From: a virus
Taxonomy: Duplodnaviria; Caudoviricetes
Virus record (IMG/VR): IMGVR_UViG_3300020441_000010
Location: 1-42,426 of that record
Length of the DNA stretch: 42,426 nt
Reading direction: 5' to 3' (one strand)
Of this stretch, positions 1 to 9,308 are shown one piece after another. The stretch's first letter is position 1. Every line of letters starts with the position of its first letter. A program made the translations under genes and the position numbers. Below the pieces are notes generated by a model, which ran no database searches, was not told where the DNA came from, and worked only from the letters and a program-made list of their open reading frames with translations.

Positions 1-53
1 TTTTTGTTAGATAAACCTTGGTATATATTAGCACTTAATTCAAATTTAACCAT

Positions 54-77
54 AAAAAAACCTCCCGTTAGGGAGGT
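54..77 (-). terminator. Rho-independent terminator
   Basis: Stem ACCTCCC-taac-GGGAGGT followed by a T run on the minus strand, downstream of the 115..489 gene. Confidence 0.85.
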
Positions 78-114
78 CGTTAGGATATCGTAATGTGTGT
101 TACGGCGTGAACTA

Positions 115-489
115 TCAGAAGGTGTACTTAACCCCGAGTTTACCACCAACACTCAGATCATCCATTTCAAACTCATCGGTTGCAGTAACTGCAGAGAGCT
201 CGGCATAAATATCGACTGCCTCAGAGACAGGGAGTCCAACACCGACCTTACCAGAGTAACGGGTCTCGTTCTCAGCACCGTCAACAGCGAGAATAGCTGG
301 TCCGCCCTGCACATACCAGGCAGCAACACCTGCTTCTCCTTCAAATCCAACGTGAAGATCTGTAAGAGCTCCCACATAGTCATCTCCAGCCCAGGAAGCA
401 TTGGTTTCCACGTTAACATAGGGACCAGCGACAGCAGCACCAGCAGACATAGAGAGAGCAGCGGTTGCTGCGAATAGAGATTTAAACAT
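115..489 (-). CDS. Small outer-membrane beta-barrel-like protein with signal peptide (picocyanobacterial type)
   Basis: N-terminal signal peptide (MFKSLFAATAALSMSAGAAVA), alternating beta-strand pattern, and C-terminal aromatic OMP signature GGKLGVKYTF. Confidence 0.7.
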   Translation of the reverse strand: MFKSLFAATAALSMSAGAAVAGPYVNVETNASWAGDDYVGALTDLHVGFEGEAGVAAWYVQGGPAILAVDGAENETRYSGKVGVGLPVSEAVDIYAELSAVTATDEFEMDDLSVGGKLGVKYTF

Positions 490-510
490 TTTTGTGTACC
501 TTTATTTACT

Positions 511-554
511 TGCGGAATGAATACCCGCAGATGGAAGAACCTCGACATGGTTCT
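511..554 (-). promoter_or_regulatory. Two-hairpin 5' leader (candidate cis-regulatory RNA)
   Basis: AGAACC-ATGTCGA-GGTTCT (554-536) and TGCGG-GTATTCATT-CCGCA (529-511) lie upstream of the ATG at 489. Confidence 0.45.
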
Positions 555-589
555 GTGTAATTATACCTAATGCAAAGCAAAAGGTGAAT

Positions 590-595
590 TATTTA
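590..595 (-). promoter_or_regulatory. T4-type late promoter core TAAATA
   Basis: Minus strand reads TATACTAAATA in the intergenic gap upstream of the beta-barrel gene. Confidence 0.55.
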
Positions 596-610
596 GTATA
601 GTTAATAACC

Positions 611-1399
611 TTAACTAGATTTTGTTGGTTCGGAGACCCGACCAAGATAAGGATTATAGTTCATCAAAGCGTCTAGGTCAAGACTTGCTCCGTTTTGACT
701 CCAGAAATTCCAGATACCATCATGACTGTTCTTATGGAACGCATCAATATGCTCTGGATGAATCGAAGATCCCAGGGGAATATGATACAAGAGGATAGGA
801 ATACTAAAAGTATTACCCGAGTTGTAAATTAAATCATCAGCAACTGCACGGGGCTTGACTCCATTATCCAGTTTGTACTTATTCTTCCTACAGTGAAACT
901 TAATCAGTTTTTCTGCATGATGCCTGTTGATGATATAGCAGGCAGTAGAGAAATCATTTACGAATCTCTTATGAATCCCCACATGGATATCTCCAGTAGA
1001 AATGATTGCGAGTTGAATAACGTCCCAATCATAAGGGAGTTTACTATAGAAGTCTCTCCATGTAAAGTTCCAATATTTAACAAGATCTAACTTACAATCA
1101 TCCTCCATGATTACTGCATAGGGAGAGTCGGATGTTTCATACCAATGCTTAATAGCTTTCAAGTGAGATGTAATACATCCAATCTCCCCCGAAGATACTG
1201 CCTCAGGATATCTACCCTGAATAATATCACTCAGATCATCTTCTCTACCATCATAAGCAGAGATCCTTTCTACATTACTTAGTCCCCAGTAATCATATTG
1301 CTTCTTCATGTACTCCCATCGCTCTGGTTGTTCATCAAGGTTGATACAATAGATTGGTCCGAAACCTTCTAACTTAAACACGGATTTGTTTCTGTCCAT
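611..1399 (-). CDS. Glycosyltransferase family 25
   Basis: IYCINLD..PER, RISAYDG, GEIGC..SH and VIMEDD motifs of GT25. Confidence 0.85.
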   Translation of the reverse strand: MDRNKSVFKLEGFGPIYCINLDEQPERWEYMKKQYDYWGLSNVERISAYDGREDDLSDIIQGRYPEAVSSGEIGCITSHLKAIKHWYETSDSPYAVIMEDDCKLDLVKYWNFTWRDFYSKLPYDWDVIQLAIISTGDIHVGIHKRFVNDFSTACYIINRHHAEKLIKFHCRKNKYKLDNGVKPRAVADDLIYNSGNTFSIPILLYHIPLGSSIHPEHIDAFHKNSHDGIWNFWSQNGASLDLDALMNYNPYLGRVSEPTKSS

Positions 1400-2291
1400 A
1401 TTTTTTAATCCAATCTTCTAATTTCACAGTGGGAGACCAATCAAAAGTTTTACGCATTTTTTGATTGTTAGCAAGACTTATTCTTGCCTCGCCAGGACGA
1501 GGAGCAATATTTGTAGTAGGCCAATCAATCATTCTTGCAATTTGATTAATCGAATAGTTGGTTCCTGTACCAATATTATAAACTTCACCAAAGGATTCGG
1601 AGTCTACTTCTTTGGTAGCAGCCATGATGTTTGCACGGACAACATCACTTACATGAGTAAAGTCTCTGCGCTGGTTCCCATCACCAACAATAGTTAATTT
1701 CTCCCCTGCTGCCTTCTGACGCAGGAAGATGCCTATTACAGGGGCATACTGACCCCTTAGAGGTTGCCTTTCACCATAGACATTAAAGTATCTAAAACAC
1801 ACTGTTTGAAGTCCATACAGTTGCGTATACATCCTGCATAATTTTTCTCCAGCAACCTTGGAAACAGAGTAAGGATTTAGACAATCATCAGGATCTGTCT
1901 CAACATTAGGAGATTTATTCATACCATATCCAGAGGATGTGGAAGAGTATATCACCCTCTTTACTCCACACTCTCTAGCGACCTGAAGGACCGTAGTAGT
2001 ACCAACACAGTTGATGCTAACTGCCTCAATGGGATTCAAAATAGCAGGTTGAATACGTGCCTCAGCAGCAAGGTGGAAAACATAATCTACTCCACCCATC
2101 AGCTCTTTCATCAGGTCATAATCCCTAATGTCTCCCTTAACATTCCACGCCTTTTTATTCCAGTAAAACTCGTCATGAGCATCAGAGTGCTCATTATCAA
2201 CGCATGTAACATCATGCCCTTTCTCTAGGAGAGCGTCTACAAGATTCGATCCAATGAATCCTGCCCCTCCAGTGACTAAACTATGCGGCAT
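1374..2291 (-). CDS. NAD-dependent nucleotide-sugar epimerase/dehydratase (extended SDR, GalE/WcaG-like)
   Basis: VTGGAGFIG, HLAA, YSVSK (YxxxK), RYFNVYG and GDGNQRRDF motifs; start trimmed to MPHSLVT at 2291. Confidence 0.92.
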   Translation of the reverse strand: MPHSLVTGGAGFIGSNLVDALLEKGHDVTCVDNEHSDAHDEFYWNKKAWNVKGDIRDYDLMKELMGGVDYVFHLAAEARIQPAILNPIEAVSINCVGTTTVLQVARECGVKRVIYSSTSSGYGMNKSPNVETDPDDCLNPYSVSKVAGEKLCRMYTQLYGLQTVCFRYFNVYGERQPLRGQYAPVIGIFLRQKAAGEKLTIVGDGNQRRDFTHVSDVVRANIMAATKEVDSESFGEVYNIGTGTNYSINQIARMIDWPTTNIAPRPGEARISLANNQKMRKTFDWSPTVKLEDWIKKYGQKQIRV

Positions 2292-2292
2292 T

Positions 2293-2934
2293 TCAAACTC
2301 CCACAGGTTTCCAAAAACGTTTGTCGTACTGAACAAATTCAATACTAGGATAAGAACTCAACTTCTGATCAGTTCCATTAGAACTGGTCTGATAGAAGAT
2401 TGGATCATCGAAGGTATAAACATTGTAGTATTTCTGCACCTCTGCAAAACCAATATCTTGATGATATTCTTCTTTGCAATACCAATCAGAAATCTTAGAG
2501 CACAAGCTTACATACTCTTTGGAAAGATATAAGATTGCATGTGCTCCTAGCATGTTATACACACGCGATATACCAGGAAAGTCTACCACTTCCTCATAGA
2601 ATACACAAGGTCCCGAATGACCATTCATCCTTCCCCACGACGAGATACCAAGATAAACTGCATCAGAGTCGTCGGGGATATTTATTACAGGGTTTAAGTT
2701 CTTGATTAAGCAATCATCCTCAAATACGATGAATGGAGGATCAACTTCCTGTAGTGCATTGTAGTGTGACTGAGAACATGCTGCTAGCCTATCAGGCATC
2801 TCTGTAGCAGAGAGACGAATAACGTTCTTAAACCCAAACTCAGTAAGCACGGATTGCATTCTCTCGTTTCTTTCAGTATCAGAATCTAAATTGATATAAA
2901 TTGCTGGGATTTCTCTAAGATCTAAGTTCGCCAT
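2293..2934 (-). CDS. GT25-like glycosyltransferase
   Basis: IYINLD...ERNERM, ACSQSH and IVFEDD motifs. Confidence 0.75.
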   Translation of the reverse strand: MANLDLREIPAIYINLDSDTERNERMQSVLTEFGFKNVIRLSATEMPDRLAACSQSHYNALQEVDPPFIVFEDDCLIKNLNPVINIPDDSDAVYLGISSWGRMNGHSGPCVFYEEVVDFPGISRVYNMLGAHAILYLSKEYVSLCSKISDWYCKEEYHQDIGFAEVQKYYNVYTFDDPIFYQTSSNGTDQKLSSYPSIEFVQYDKRFWKPVGV

Positions 2935-3610
2935 GATTTTTCAACAGTGCAATAATTTTTGGTTTATCGTCAGGATACCTACCTAACTCTGGTTCTGGAT
3001 AACAATACTCATATGATAAAGGTAGTGTTGGTGGATGATCAATCATATATCGATTCATGTGTGACTCATCATGCCATTGAGCGATAACATTATTTTCAAG
3101 ATCTATATTAACTCTAAAAGCAATGACCTCAGCCATATTCATAAAGAATTCTGTCTTTCCACCATTAAACCCTCCCGCATAATAAGATCTTGTCTTCTCC
3201 TCGTATGGAACATAAGCAAGTGAACTGGAATTCCTATCAAAAGACTTCTGTGCGTCCGATAGACGAGACTGATAGAAATGATTCGTTGCTACAAGATCAC
3301 CAAGAATCTCATCACCAACGATCTGATCAATCGCCATATCTACATCAAAGTAGAAACAATAGTCATGCTCAAGAATAAAATCTTTTTCTTTCATGAAGTA
3401 GTTATACCTCTTAAGAGTAGGCATTGGCCATGGTTCATGATCGATTTTATGAACCCTAACATTGTCTGATACTTCCTCTAGTTCATGATCAGTGAACAAG
3501 AGACATGTCTTCTCATGACCAGGAAGAAAAAACTCTTCAATGTTATCGTAAAGTTCCTGAACAAAATGAATGTATTTGTTTGTAGCAATAGTTAGGATGC
3601 AGATTTTCAT
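2915..3610 (-). CDS. Glycosyltransferase family 6 (alpha-1,3-Gal/GalNAc transferase, ABO-like)
   Basis: IATNKY, FDVDM (DxD), YYAGGFNGG, WHDESHMNRY and YCYPE motifs; start trimmed to MKICIL at 3610. Confidence 0.9.
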   Translation of the reverse strand: MKICILTIATNKYIHFVQELYDNIEEFFLPGHEKTCLLFTDHELEEVSDNVRVHKIDHEPWPMPTLKRYNYFMKEKDFILEHDYCFYFDVDMAIDQIVGDEILGDLVATNHFYQSRLSDAQKSFDRNSSSLAYVPYEEKTRSYYAGGFNGGKTEFFMNMAEVIAFRVNIDLENNVIAQWHDESHMNRYMIDHPPTLPLSYEYCYPEPELGRYPDDKPKIIALLKNHGELRS

Positions 3611-4335
3611 GCTGCCTTCTCCTCTTCTAATGCTCTCCATGCATCTTGCACATCCTGCTCATACAATTCTTGAACAAAGATGGTATTGATGTGATCTTTA
3701 TAGATCTCCACATACCCAGCAGCATGAATCTTTTCTCTAAGTGCTCTATGAACCGCAACGTGATCTTGATACTTTTGGAATGATTCATGCTCATCTTCCA
3801 ATTCAATGATCATCATCTTCGGAAGCCATTCACTAAGATCGAATCCCTCAAACACATCCGCTTCTCTTCCTTCAACATCTACAGTCAAGAGATCAATCTG
3901 ACCTGGTTCAATATCAAAGTAATCAAGAAGACTATCAAGAGTTACTTGTTCAATCTCTCCTCGTTTTGAGAATGGAATGTGCTGAGCCCAATCGATCTCA
4001 GAGTATCGCTTAACCTGTTCGGGATCAGATGTAGTGAGAGGACCACCAACATACAAATCAATGACCTTATCTACTGATCCTACAGCACACTGAACAACTG
4101 CAATCTCTTCGTTCTTTTCATGACGACGCAAACAAGCATCATAATGCTCCTCTACAGGTTCCACATAGATACCACCCCAACCATGATCAGCAAGACAGGA
4201 GGTGTTTGAAAAAGATTCACCATCAAATGCACCAACCTCAACAAAGAATCCCTCGGAAGGAAATCCAAAGTATTTTGTTAAGATATAATCCAGTCCCTGT
4301 ACCTGGCATGTTTGCGATACATTGTAATTAGCCAT
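3607..4335 (-). CDS. FkbM-family SAM methyltransferase
   Basis: FVEVGAFDG..SNT, GIYVEP, TLDSLL and IDLLTVDVEG motifs. Confidence 0.88.
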   Translation of the reverse strand: MANYNVSQTCQVQGLDYILTKYFGFPSEGFFVEVGAFDGESFSNTSCLADHGWGGIYVEPVEEHYDACLRRHEKNEEIAVVQCAVGSVDKVIDLYVGGPLTTSDPEQVKRYSEIDWAQHIPFSKRGEIEQVTLDSLLDYFDIEPGQIDLLTVDVEGREADVFEGFDLSEWLPKMMIIELEDEHESFQKYQDHVAVHRALREKIHAAGYVEIYKDHINTIFVQELYEQDVQDAWRALEEEKAA

Positions 4336-4336
4336 T

Positions 4337-4963
4337 TCATTTCTCCTTGATATAGAAAGCGTCTCCCCAAGTTGTTCCAGACAAATCAGTCTCTACTCTG
4401 GAGAATCCGTATGTCGATAAGAATTTATCTAGTTCATCAACGTGAGGTGCATTTGCGTAAACCTCAGCAACATTGATCTCAGTATAAACGTAATCAATGC
4501 TATTTAACAAGTTCTCTGCGCCCTTCAAGACCTCAAGTTCATATCCCTGAACGTCGATATTCATAAAGTTATAATCTGCAGGATCAATATCACAGTCATC
4601 AAGGCGAACCATTTTGACCCGTTCTTTTCTAGGAAATTTAATGCCTGGATACTGCTCAAGAACAATCTTAGGTCTCAAAACAGAACTGCACATTCCGTCA
4701 TGATCACTGACGTACATCTCAACATCACAATCTTGATTTCCAAGAGCGTATGGCCAGAGTTGAATGTTTGCTTGATCTGCATACTCAGCAAGTTGACCGT
4801 GTAGAATGTCTACAGTTCTAGAGATAGGTTCAAAGAAACAAAGGTTCTTAATCCCAAGGTCAATGTAATCCTTTACTTCTTCACCAAAGTGAGCACCAAT
4901 ATGAAGAGTTCCTACGACTTTCATGTCGTACTTTTTTACCAAGCCATCTAATGAAATCAGCAT
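4337..4963 (-). CDS. FkbM-family SAM methyltransferase
   Basis: HIGAHFGEE, FEP, RLDD, NIDVQGYELEVLKG and WGDAFY motifs. Confidence 0.9.
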   Translation of the reverse strand: MLISLDGLVKKYDMKVVGTLHIGAHFGEEVKDYIDLGIKNLCFFEPISRTVDILHGQLAEYADQANIQLWPYALGNQDCDVEMYVSDHDGMCSSVLRPKIVLEQYPGIKFPRKERVKMVRLDDCDIDPADYNFMNIDVQGYELEVLKGAENLLNSIDYVYTEINVAEVYANAPHVDELDKFLSTYGFSRVETDLSGTTWGDAFYIKEK

Positions 4964-5838
4964 AATATCTCCAGTAATCGTTTTACAGAATGTTCATAAG
5001 TAAGATTGTCTTCAACATATTTACGAGGGTTATACTTGTCTATATTACCATAGAATTTATCAAATGCCTCCTCCATAAGAATATGATCAAGAGGTGGATC
5101 AGTAGTTCTATATACTTCACCACATTCATCAGACCAATATGGAATAGAAGTTGCAGGTATAGAATACTTAGGACCCATATCATTCCATTCTGATACATCC
5201 CAAGAGAAGATAGGAATGTTGTGAGACATTATTTCCTGAACAGCAATACCTTGACTCTCTGTACCATTCAGTAAGAAACAGAACTTTGCTCTACTACACA
5301 TAAGTGCAAGTTCTTTCTGATCGTAGTTACCATACACAAGCGTCCTATAAGACATTTTCTTTTTCTGAAGTAGATCAGAGACAGCATTGAATTCTTGTAC
5401 AGATCTACGCTTAGAATAAATCATACAATCAAACTGATGAACATCATCATCTCTTTTGATTTCTGGAAGTGGGATGCCTACAGGCCATGTCTCTACTCTA
5501 TCAAATCCAAACTTATCTATAGCAAGATCTTTTGTCCACTGAGATGGAACAATAATGGATTTGTATCTCTCAGGGTGTTGTTGAAGTTCTTTTACATGCT
5601 CATCAAAGAACCAAATCTGAGGACCAATAACACAATTCTCAAGAGTTAAACTGGAGTGTTTGATGTATCCATTTCTATCGTACTGAACAATAAAGTTACG
5701 ATCATACTTCTCTTCGTTTATTGCATATGGGATCTTCTGATCTTCTAAACTTGCTAAAAGATTTCTTACCACTGCACGGGGTCCAGTCATCCTATTAGTT
5801 CCCATCCAATAGGACTCTTCATAAAATAAATTAATCAT
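4957..5838 (-). CDS. GT-B fold (GT4-like) glycosyltransferase
   Basis: IIVPSQW and the EX7E motif ESQGIAVQE followed by NIPIF. Confidence 0.7.
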   Translation of the reverse strand: MINLFYEESYWMGTNRMTGPRAVVRNLLASLEDQKIPYAINEEKYDRNFIVQYDRNGYIKHSSLTLENCVIGPQIWFFDEHVKELQQHPERYKSIIVPSQWTKDLAIDKFGFDRVETWPVGIPLPEIKRDDDVHQFDCMIYSKRRSVQEFNAVSDLLQKKKMSYRTLVYGNYDQKELALMCSRAKFCFLLNGTESQGIAVQEIMSHNIPIFSWDVSEWNDMGPKYSIPATSIPYWSDECGEVYRTTDPPLDHILMEEAFDKFYGNIDKYNPRKYVEDNLTYEHSVKRLLEILC

Positions 5839-6524
5839 AGACTCTCCAAAACACTTCTAATCATGTAATTTAATCCTTGCTCTCGTTCCAGAGAGGTCAT
5901 TTCTTCACCACTACTTAGGTGATCAGAGACAGTGTTCACGGACAAAGCCCTTTTCCCGAATCTCATTGCAAGACTATAGAGTACATGAGTTTCCATATCG
6001 ACAGAAAGGACTCCGATGCGAGCAAATTTTTCGTGCCATTTAAAATCTGGTTGATAGAAATAATCATTGGAGACCATTTGACCAACAGAAGCAATAGGGT
6101 TCTGCTTCATGTAGTTTTTTAAGAGATGGTAGTCACAGCATGGACACAGTTTGAATCCAGGAATCAGATTCTCAGTCATAGCACTATCAGTTGCAGCAGA
6201 CATCGCAACAACAATATCTCCAATCTTTAAATCAGGAGCAATACCTCCACAACTTCCAACTCTGATGATCGTTTCAACATTATAAACATTGTATAGTTCA
6301 AATGCATAGATCCCAAGACTTGCTTGTCCCATACCACTAGCCTGAACTGATACTTTCTTTCCTTTGTAAGTTCCGCTGTACCCCAAACAATTGCGAACTT
6401 TGTTCACAACTTCATACTTGTCTAAGAAATTTTCAGCAATCCACTTTGCCCTGAGTGGATCCCCAGGCATGAGAACAGTCTCATGATATGCTCCTACATC
6501 TGCTTCAATGTGTGGTGTCGTCAT
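5835..6524 (-). CDS. deoD: Purine nucleoside phosphorylase, DeoD type
   Basis: TPHI, LMPGDPLRAKWIAE, GMG, IIRVGSCG, VDMET and TVSDH motifs as in E. coli DeoD. Confidence 0.93.
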   Translation of the reverse strand: MTTPHIEADVGAYHETVLMPGDPLRAKWIAENFLDKYEVVNKVRNCLGYSGTYKGKKVSVQASGMGQASLGIYAFELYNVYNVETIIRVGSCGGIAPDLKIGDIVVAMSAATDSAMTENLIPGFKLCPCCDYHLLKNYMKQNPIASVGQMVSNDYFYQPDFKWHEKFARIGVLSVDMETHVLYSLAMRFGKRALSVNTVSDHLSSGEEMTSLEREQGLNYMIRSVLESL

Positions 6525-7092
6525 TTGGTATCATCTGATAAACGTGTTGCCAATTAATTACCCGAGGACCATCCCATTCCTGGTTGTATTCATGATCCAT
6601 TATAACACTATTGAGACCAATATTTCTACCAGCTATAGCGTTACTTACAGAGTCCTCTAACCAAAAGTGATTTTGTCCTGAGTATCTCTCTCGTAGATAT
6701 TCTTCCTTTGTGTAAGTATGATCAAGACTGCAGTCAATAAAATCAAACACATTCCCAAAAAGATGTGTTAAATTTTTCTCCCTTAATCTCTGAGCATACT
6801 TGTCCTTATTTAAAGAACTAACAACTTCAAATCTCCACCCAAGATTATGTAATTTGTTTACATATTCTACGGCATCCTTATATGCAGGAATAAATCCCAC
6901 ACATCCAGAATCATTAAACCTCTGGATCTGCCTCATTGCTTGTAGATCTGATATTCCATATCTCTTAGATTGAGAGTAATGTTTTTCTGTATCAGGTATC
7001 CTATGAAATCCATGCTCAGCCATCCATACATCAAATGCATATGCCCAATCTAGAAGAACTCCATCACAATCAACAATTATCTTCTTATCCAT
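6505..7092 (-). CDS. HAD-superfamily phosphatase / 5'-nucleotidase-like (T4 gp30.2-like)
   Basis: HAD motif I IVDCDGVLLDW, motif II VVSS, Lys, and motif IV LEDS; start trimmed to MDKKIIV at 7092. Confidence 0.8.
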   Translation of the reverse strand: MDKKIIVDCDGVLLDWAYAFDVWMAEHGFHRIPDTEKHYSQSKRYGISDLQAMRQIQRFNDSGCVGFIPAYKDAVEYVNKLHNLGWRFEVVSSLNKDKYAQRLREKNLTHLFGNVFDFIDCSLDHTYTKEEYLRERYSGQNHFWLEDSVSNAIAGRNIGLNSVIMDHEYNQEWDGPRVINWQHVYQMIPNDDTTH

Positions 7093-7807
7093 GCTTGAAT
7101 TGATATATTTGATCCCAAGTTCCCAGGTCAACATATTCTTCAACCTCGATTGCTTTCGACTTATATATCGGAGTAGATTCGATCTCTCCTGCAAGAAGAC
7201 GATGCTTCAGTGTTGATTTCTCCATAAACTCAATACAATTATCAAAGACACGCTTTCTGAAAGCAAAGGCTGTCCAGAAAGCATTGAAGCGATTTATATC
7301 TTCCTGAGGTTTATCTTCATACTCTTGAACCAGATTGTTCTCATCAATCCAAAGAGATCCTTTGGTTCTCAACATATCGTTGTCTATATCTCTCTTGAAG
7401 AAGAAAGTAAATCCAGTCTCATTTAGACTATCATGAACAAGATTCACAATATCTTGAGAGGATTTCAACTTCATAAAAGTGTCTGGAAGAAGAACAAGAT
7501 TCTTCTCACCAAACAAATGCTTTGCACTCTTTATAGATCCTGTGTACTCAGTCTCTGCAGGGTTGAAGAATGTAAATGAGATATTGTATCTAGACTTGTA
7601 TCGACTCAGATACTTCACAAGTTCTGTTTTATTTTCATTGAGTGTAATTACAAACTCAACATCCCTGCGACCATAGTTTGAAAAAAGATCAAAACTATAA
7701 TCAATCAGGGATTTGTTCTTTTCGATAGAGTGCATTTCCTTTGGGTAAGGGAGAGAAAGTCTAGTTCCCTCACCCGCACATGGAAGTATAACAGTTAGTT
7801 CAGACAT
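7085..7807 (-). CDS. Sugar-1-phosphate nucleotidyltransferase (NTP_transferase, RmlA/GalU-like)
   Basis: ILPCAGEGTRL..PYPKEM, LLPD, EDKP and YVDLGT motifs; start trimmed to MSELTV at 7807. Confidence 0.88.
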   Translation of the reverse strand: MSELTVILPCAGEGTRLSLPYPKEMHSIEKNKSLIDYSFDLFSNYGRRDVEFVITLNENKTELVKYLSRYKSRYNISFTFFNPAETEYTGSIKSAKHLFGEKNLVLLPDTFMKLKSSQDIVNLVHDSLNETGFTFFFKRDIDNDMLRTKGSLWIDENNLVQEYEDKPQEDINRFNAFWTAFAFRKRVFDNCIEFMEKSTLKHRLLAGEIESTPIYKSKAIEVEEYVDLGTWDQIYQFKHG

Positions 7808-8601
7808 TAGATTGTAATCCAACCAGGACAATAGATATCAGTGGTGTCTTTGTGAGCAAGTTCTCCAGTAAACCACTTATCAGGAGCAATAACTTTCTCA
7901 CTATTAGCAAGCCATGCTCCCCACCAACTGTAAGAACTGTTGGCGATGATGTGGTATTTACACATGGTCATCAGACACAGATCCACGCGAGTATCACCAC
8001 TAGTAGAGATCATAAAACGATCTTCTTTAAACTCCTCTCTACACCAATCGGGATCATCAGAGCAGAGAAGCACGGGTTGATCTGGAGAGAAGTAAGAAAG
8101 TGCTGTCTTATAGTACTCCATACTTTGCACAGGGTGTGCAGTGTGTCCAACATAGTCTCCGCGACGAACATGCAGAGATAGGACATCTGCACCACCAAAG
8201 ATAGACTTCCAAATGTCCTTACAAGGTTCCGATACTTCATCAATGAAAGTAAAGTCCTTTCGTATTTCATACTGGATATGTTTAAAATATTTTTCGGTTT
8301 GGAAATAACCCACCAAATCAATGTTGTCTGGACACCTTGTAAAAAGTTCTGGGATAAATGCAAAGTTCTCCTCAACATACTGAGGATGAGCACACATTTC
8401 CTGCTTAAATGAAGGAAGTTTAAACGTCTGATACAAGTTAGTATCAGAGTTTCTCACCATAGGATCTCTAGTTCCAAAAGCATTTTCTGGTGGTAGAGCA
8501 AACTCAAGCCCACAGTTGTTTGCAATTCCCTTGATAGATGCATACTGGAACATCTGATTAGCAAGTCGCCCCAGATTTCCAAGACTATTAAAAGAGATCA
8601 T
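7807..8601 (-). CDS. Glycosyltransferase family 11 (alpha-1,2-fucosyltransferase-like)
   Basis: GRLANQMFQYA, GYFQTEKYF, HVRRGDY and IIANSSYSWWGAWL motifs. Confidence 0.93.
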   Translation of the reverse strand: MISFNSLGNLGRLANQMFQYASIKGIANNCGLEFALPPENAFGTRDPMVRNSDTNLYQTFKLPSFKQEMCAHPQYVEENFAFIPELFTRCPDNIDLVGYFQTEKYFKHIQYEIRKDFTFIDEVSEPCKDIWKSIFGGADVLSLHVRRGDYVGHTAHPVQSMEYYKTALSYFSPDQPVLLCSDDPDWCREEFKEDRFMISTSGDTRVDLCLMTMCKYHIIANSSYSWWGAWLANSEKVIAPDKWFTGELAHKDTTDIYCPGWITI

Positions 8602-9308
8602 AATTTAGATGGAGAATAGTTTGGGCAGGGACATACAAGACACTCAAGTTCTTTGTTACCCATGTAGTATTCACGCTTCAAGCGTTCAATTTGAGTCCAA
8701 GGATTGAGAGTAGATCCAACATCAAGATAAGTGTTGTTCTTATTCTTTGCCCACAGTTTACATGCAAGGATGTTAGCAAAGGCTCCTGCAGCAAAGAGAA
8801 ATAATTTACCCTCAGGATTCTCACTCAAGATCTGATCAGGCAGGTCTCGGTTGAGTACCCATGCATTATACTCGATTGGATAAAATTTTTCTACCTTAAA
8901 CGGAAGATTGTCTAGATTCGTATCCTTATGAGTTACGAGGTGAACATCATACTCTTTATAAACTTCGATATACTTTTCCTTATAGAACTCATAATTTGAA
9001 TTCACAAAGATATTTGCATATGTGATATTACTTTCTGGTTGCTCGGAAAATGTGATCGTATCCTGATAACAGGGACAGATAGCAACGTAGTAATCAGGAT
9101 GCTTATAACGAAGTGATGCTTCTAGTTCTCTCCTAGCAACCTCATAGAGAGGGTGGTCTCCATTAGCAGCCCACTCACCATTAGCAGGAAGGAATTGTGT
9201 TCCTTTGATCGCTCCCCATTCACCATCAGCAAACTTTCCAAGAGCAAACTTCTCACGGTTTACCAGTTTGTTATAGAAAAATTCAATCTCTTCTTTGTAG
9301 TCTCTCAT
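8598..9308 (-). CDS. Putative glycosyltransferase, GT-D/DUF1792-like
   Basis: N-terminal KFADGE resembles the RFGDGE motif; C-terminal FAAGAFA...LDVGS; start trimmed to 9308. Confidence 0.5.
   Translation of the reverse strand: MRDYKEEIEFFYNKLVNREKFALGKFADGEWGAIKGTQFLPANGEWAANGDHPLYEVARRELEASLRYKHPDYYVAICPCYQDTITFSEQPESNITYANIFVNSNYEFYKEKYIEVYKEYDVHLVTHKDTNLDNLPFKVEKFYPIEYNAWVLNRDLPDQILSENPEGKLFLFAAGAFANILACKLWAKNKNNTYLDVGSTLNPWTQIERLKREYYMGNKELECLVCPCPNYSPSKL

Noticed and set aside
97-548. Overlapping ORFs 97..477 (+) and 153..548 (-)
   Set aside because: Shadow frames of the signal-peptide beta-barrel gene; no motifs or RBS.
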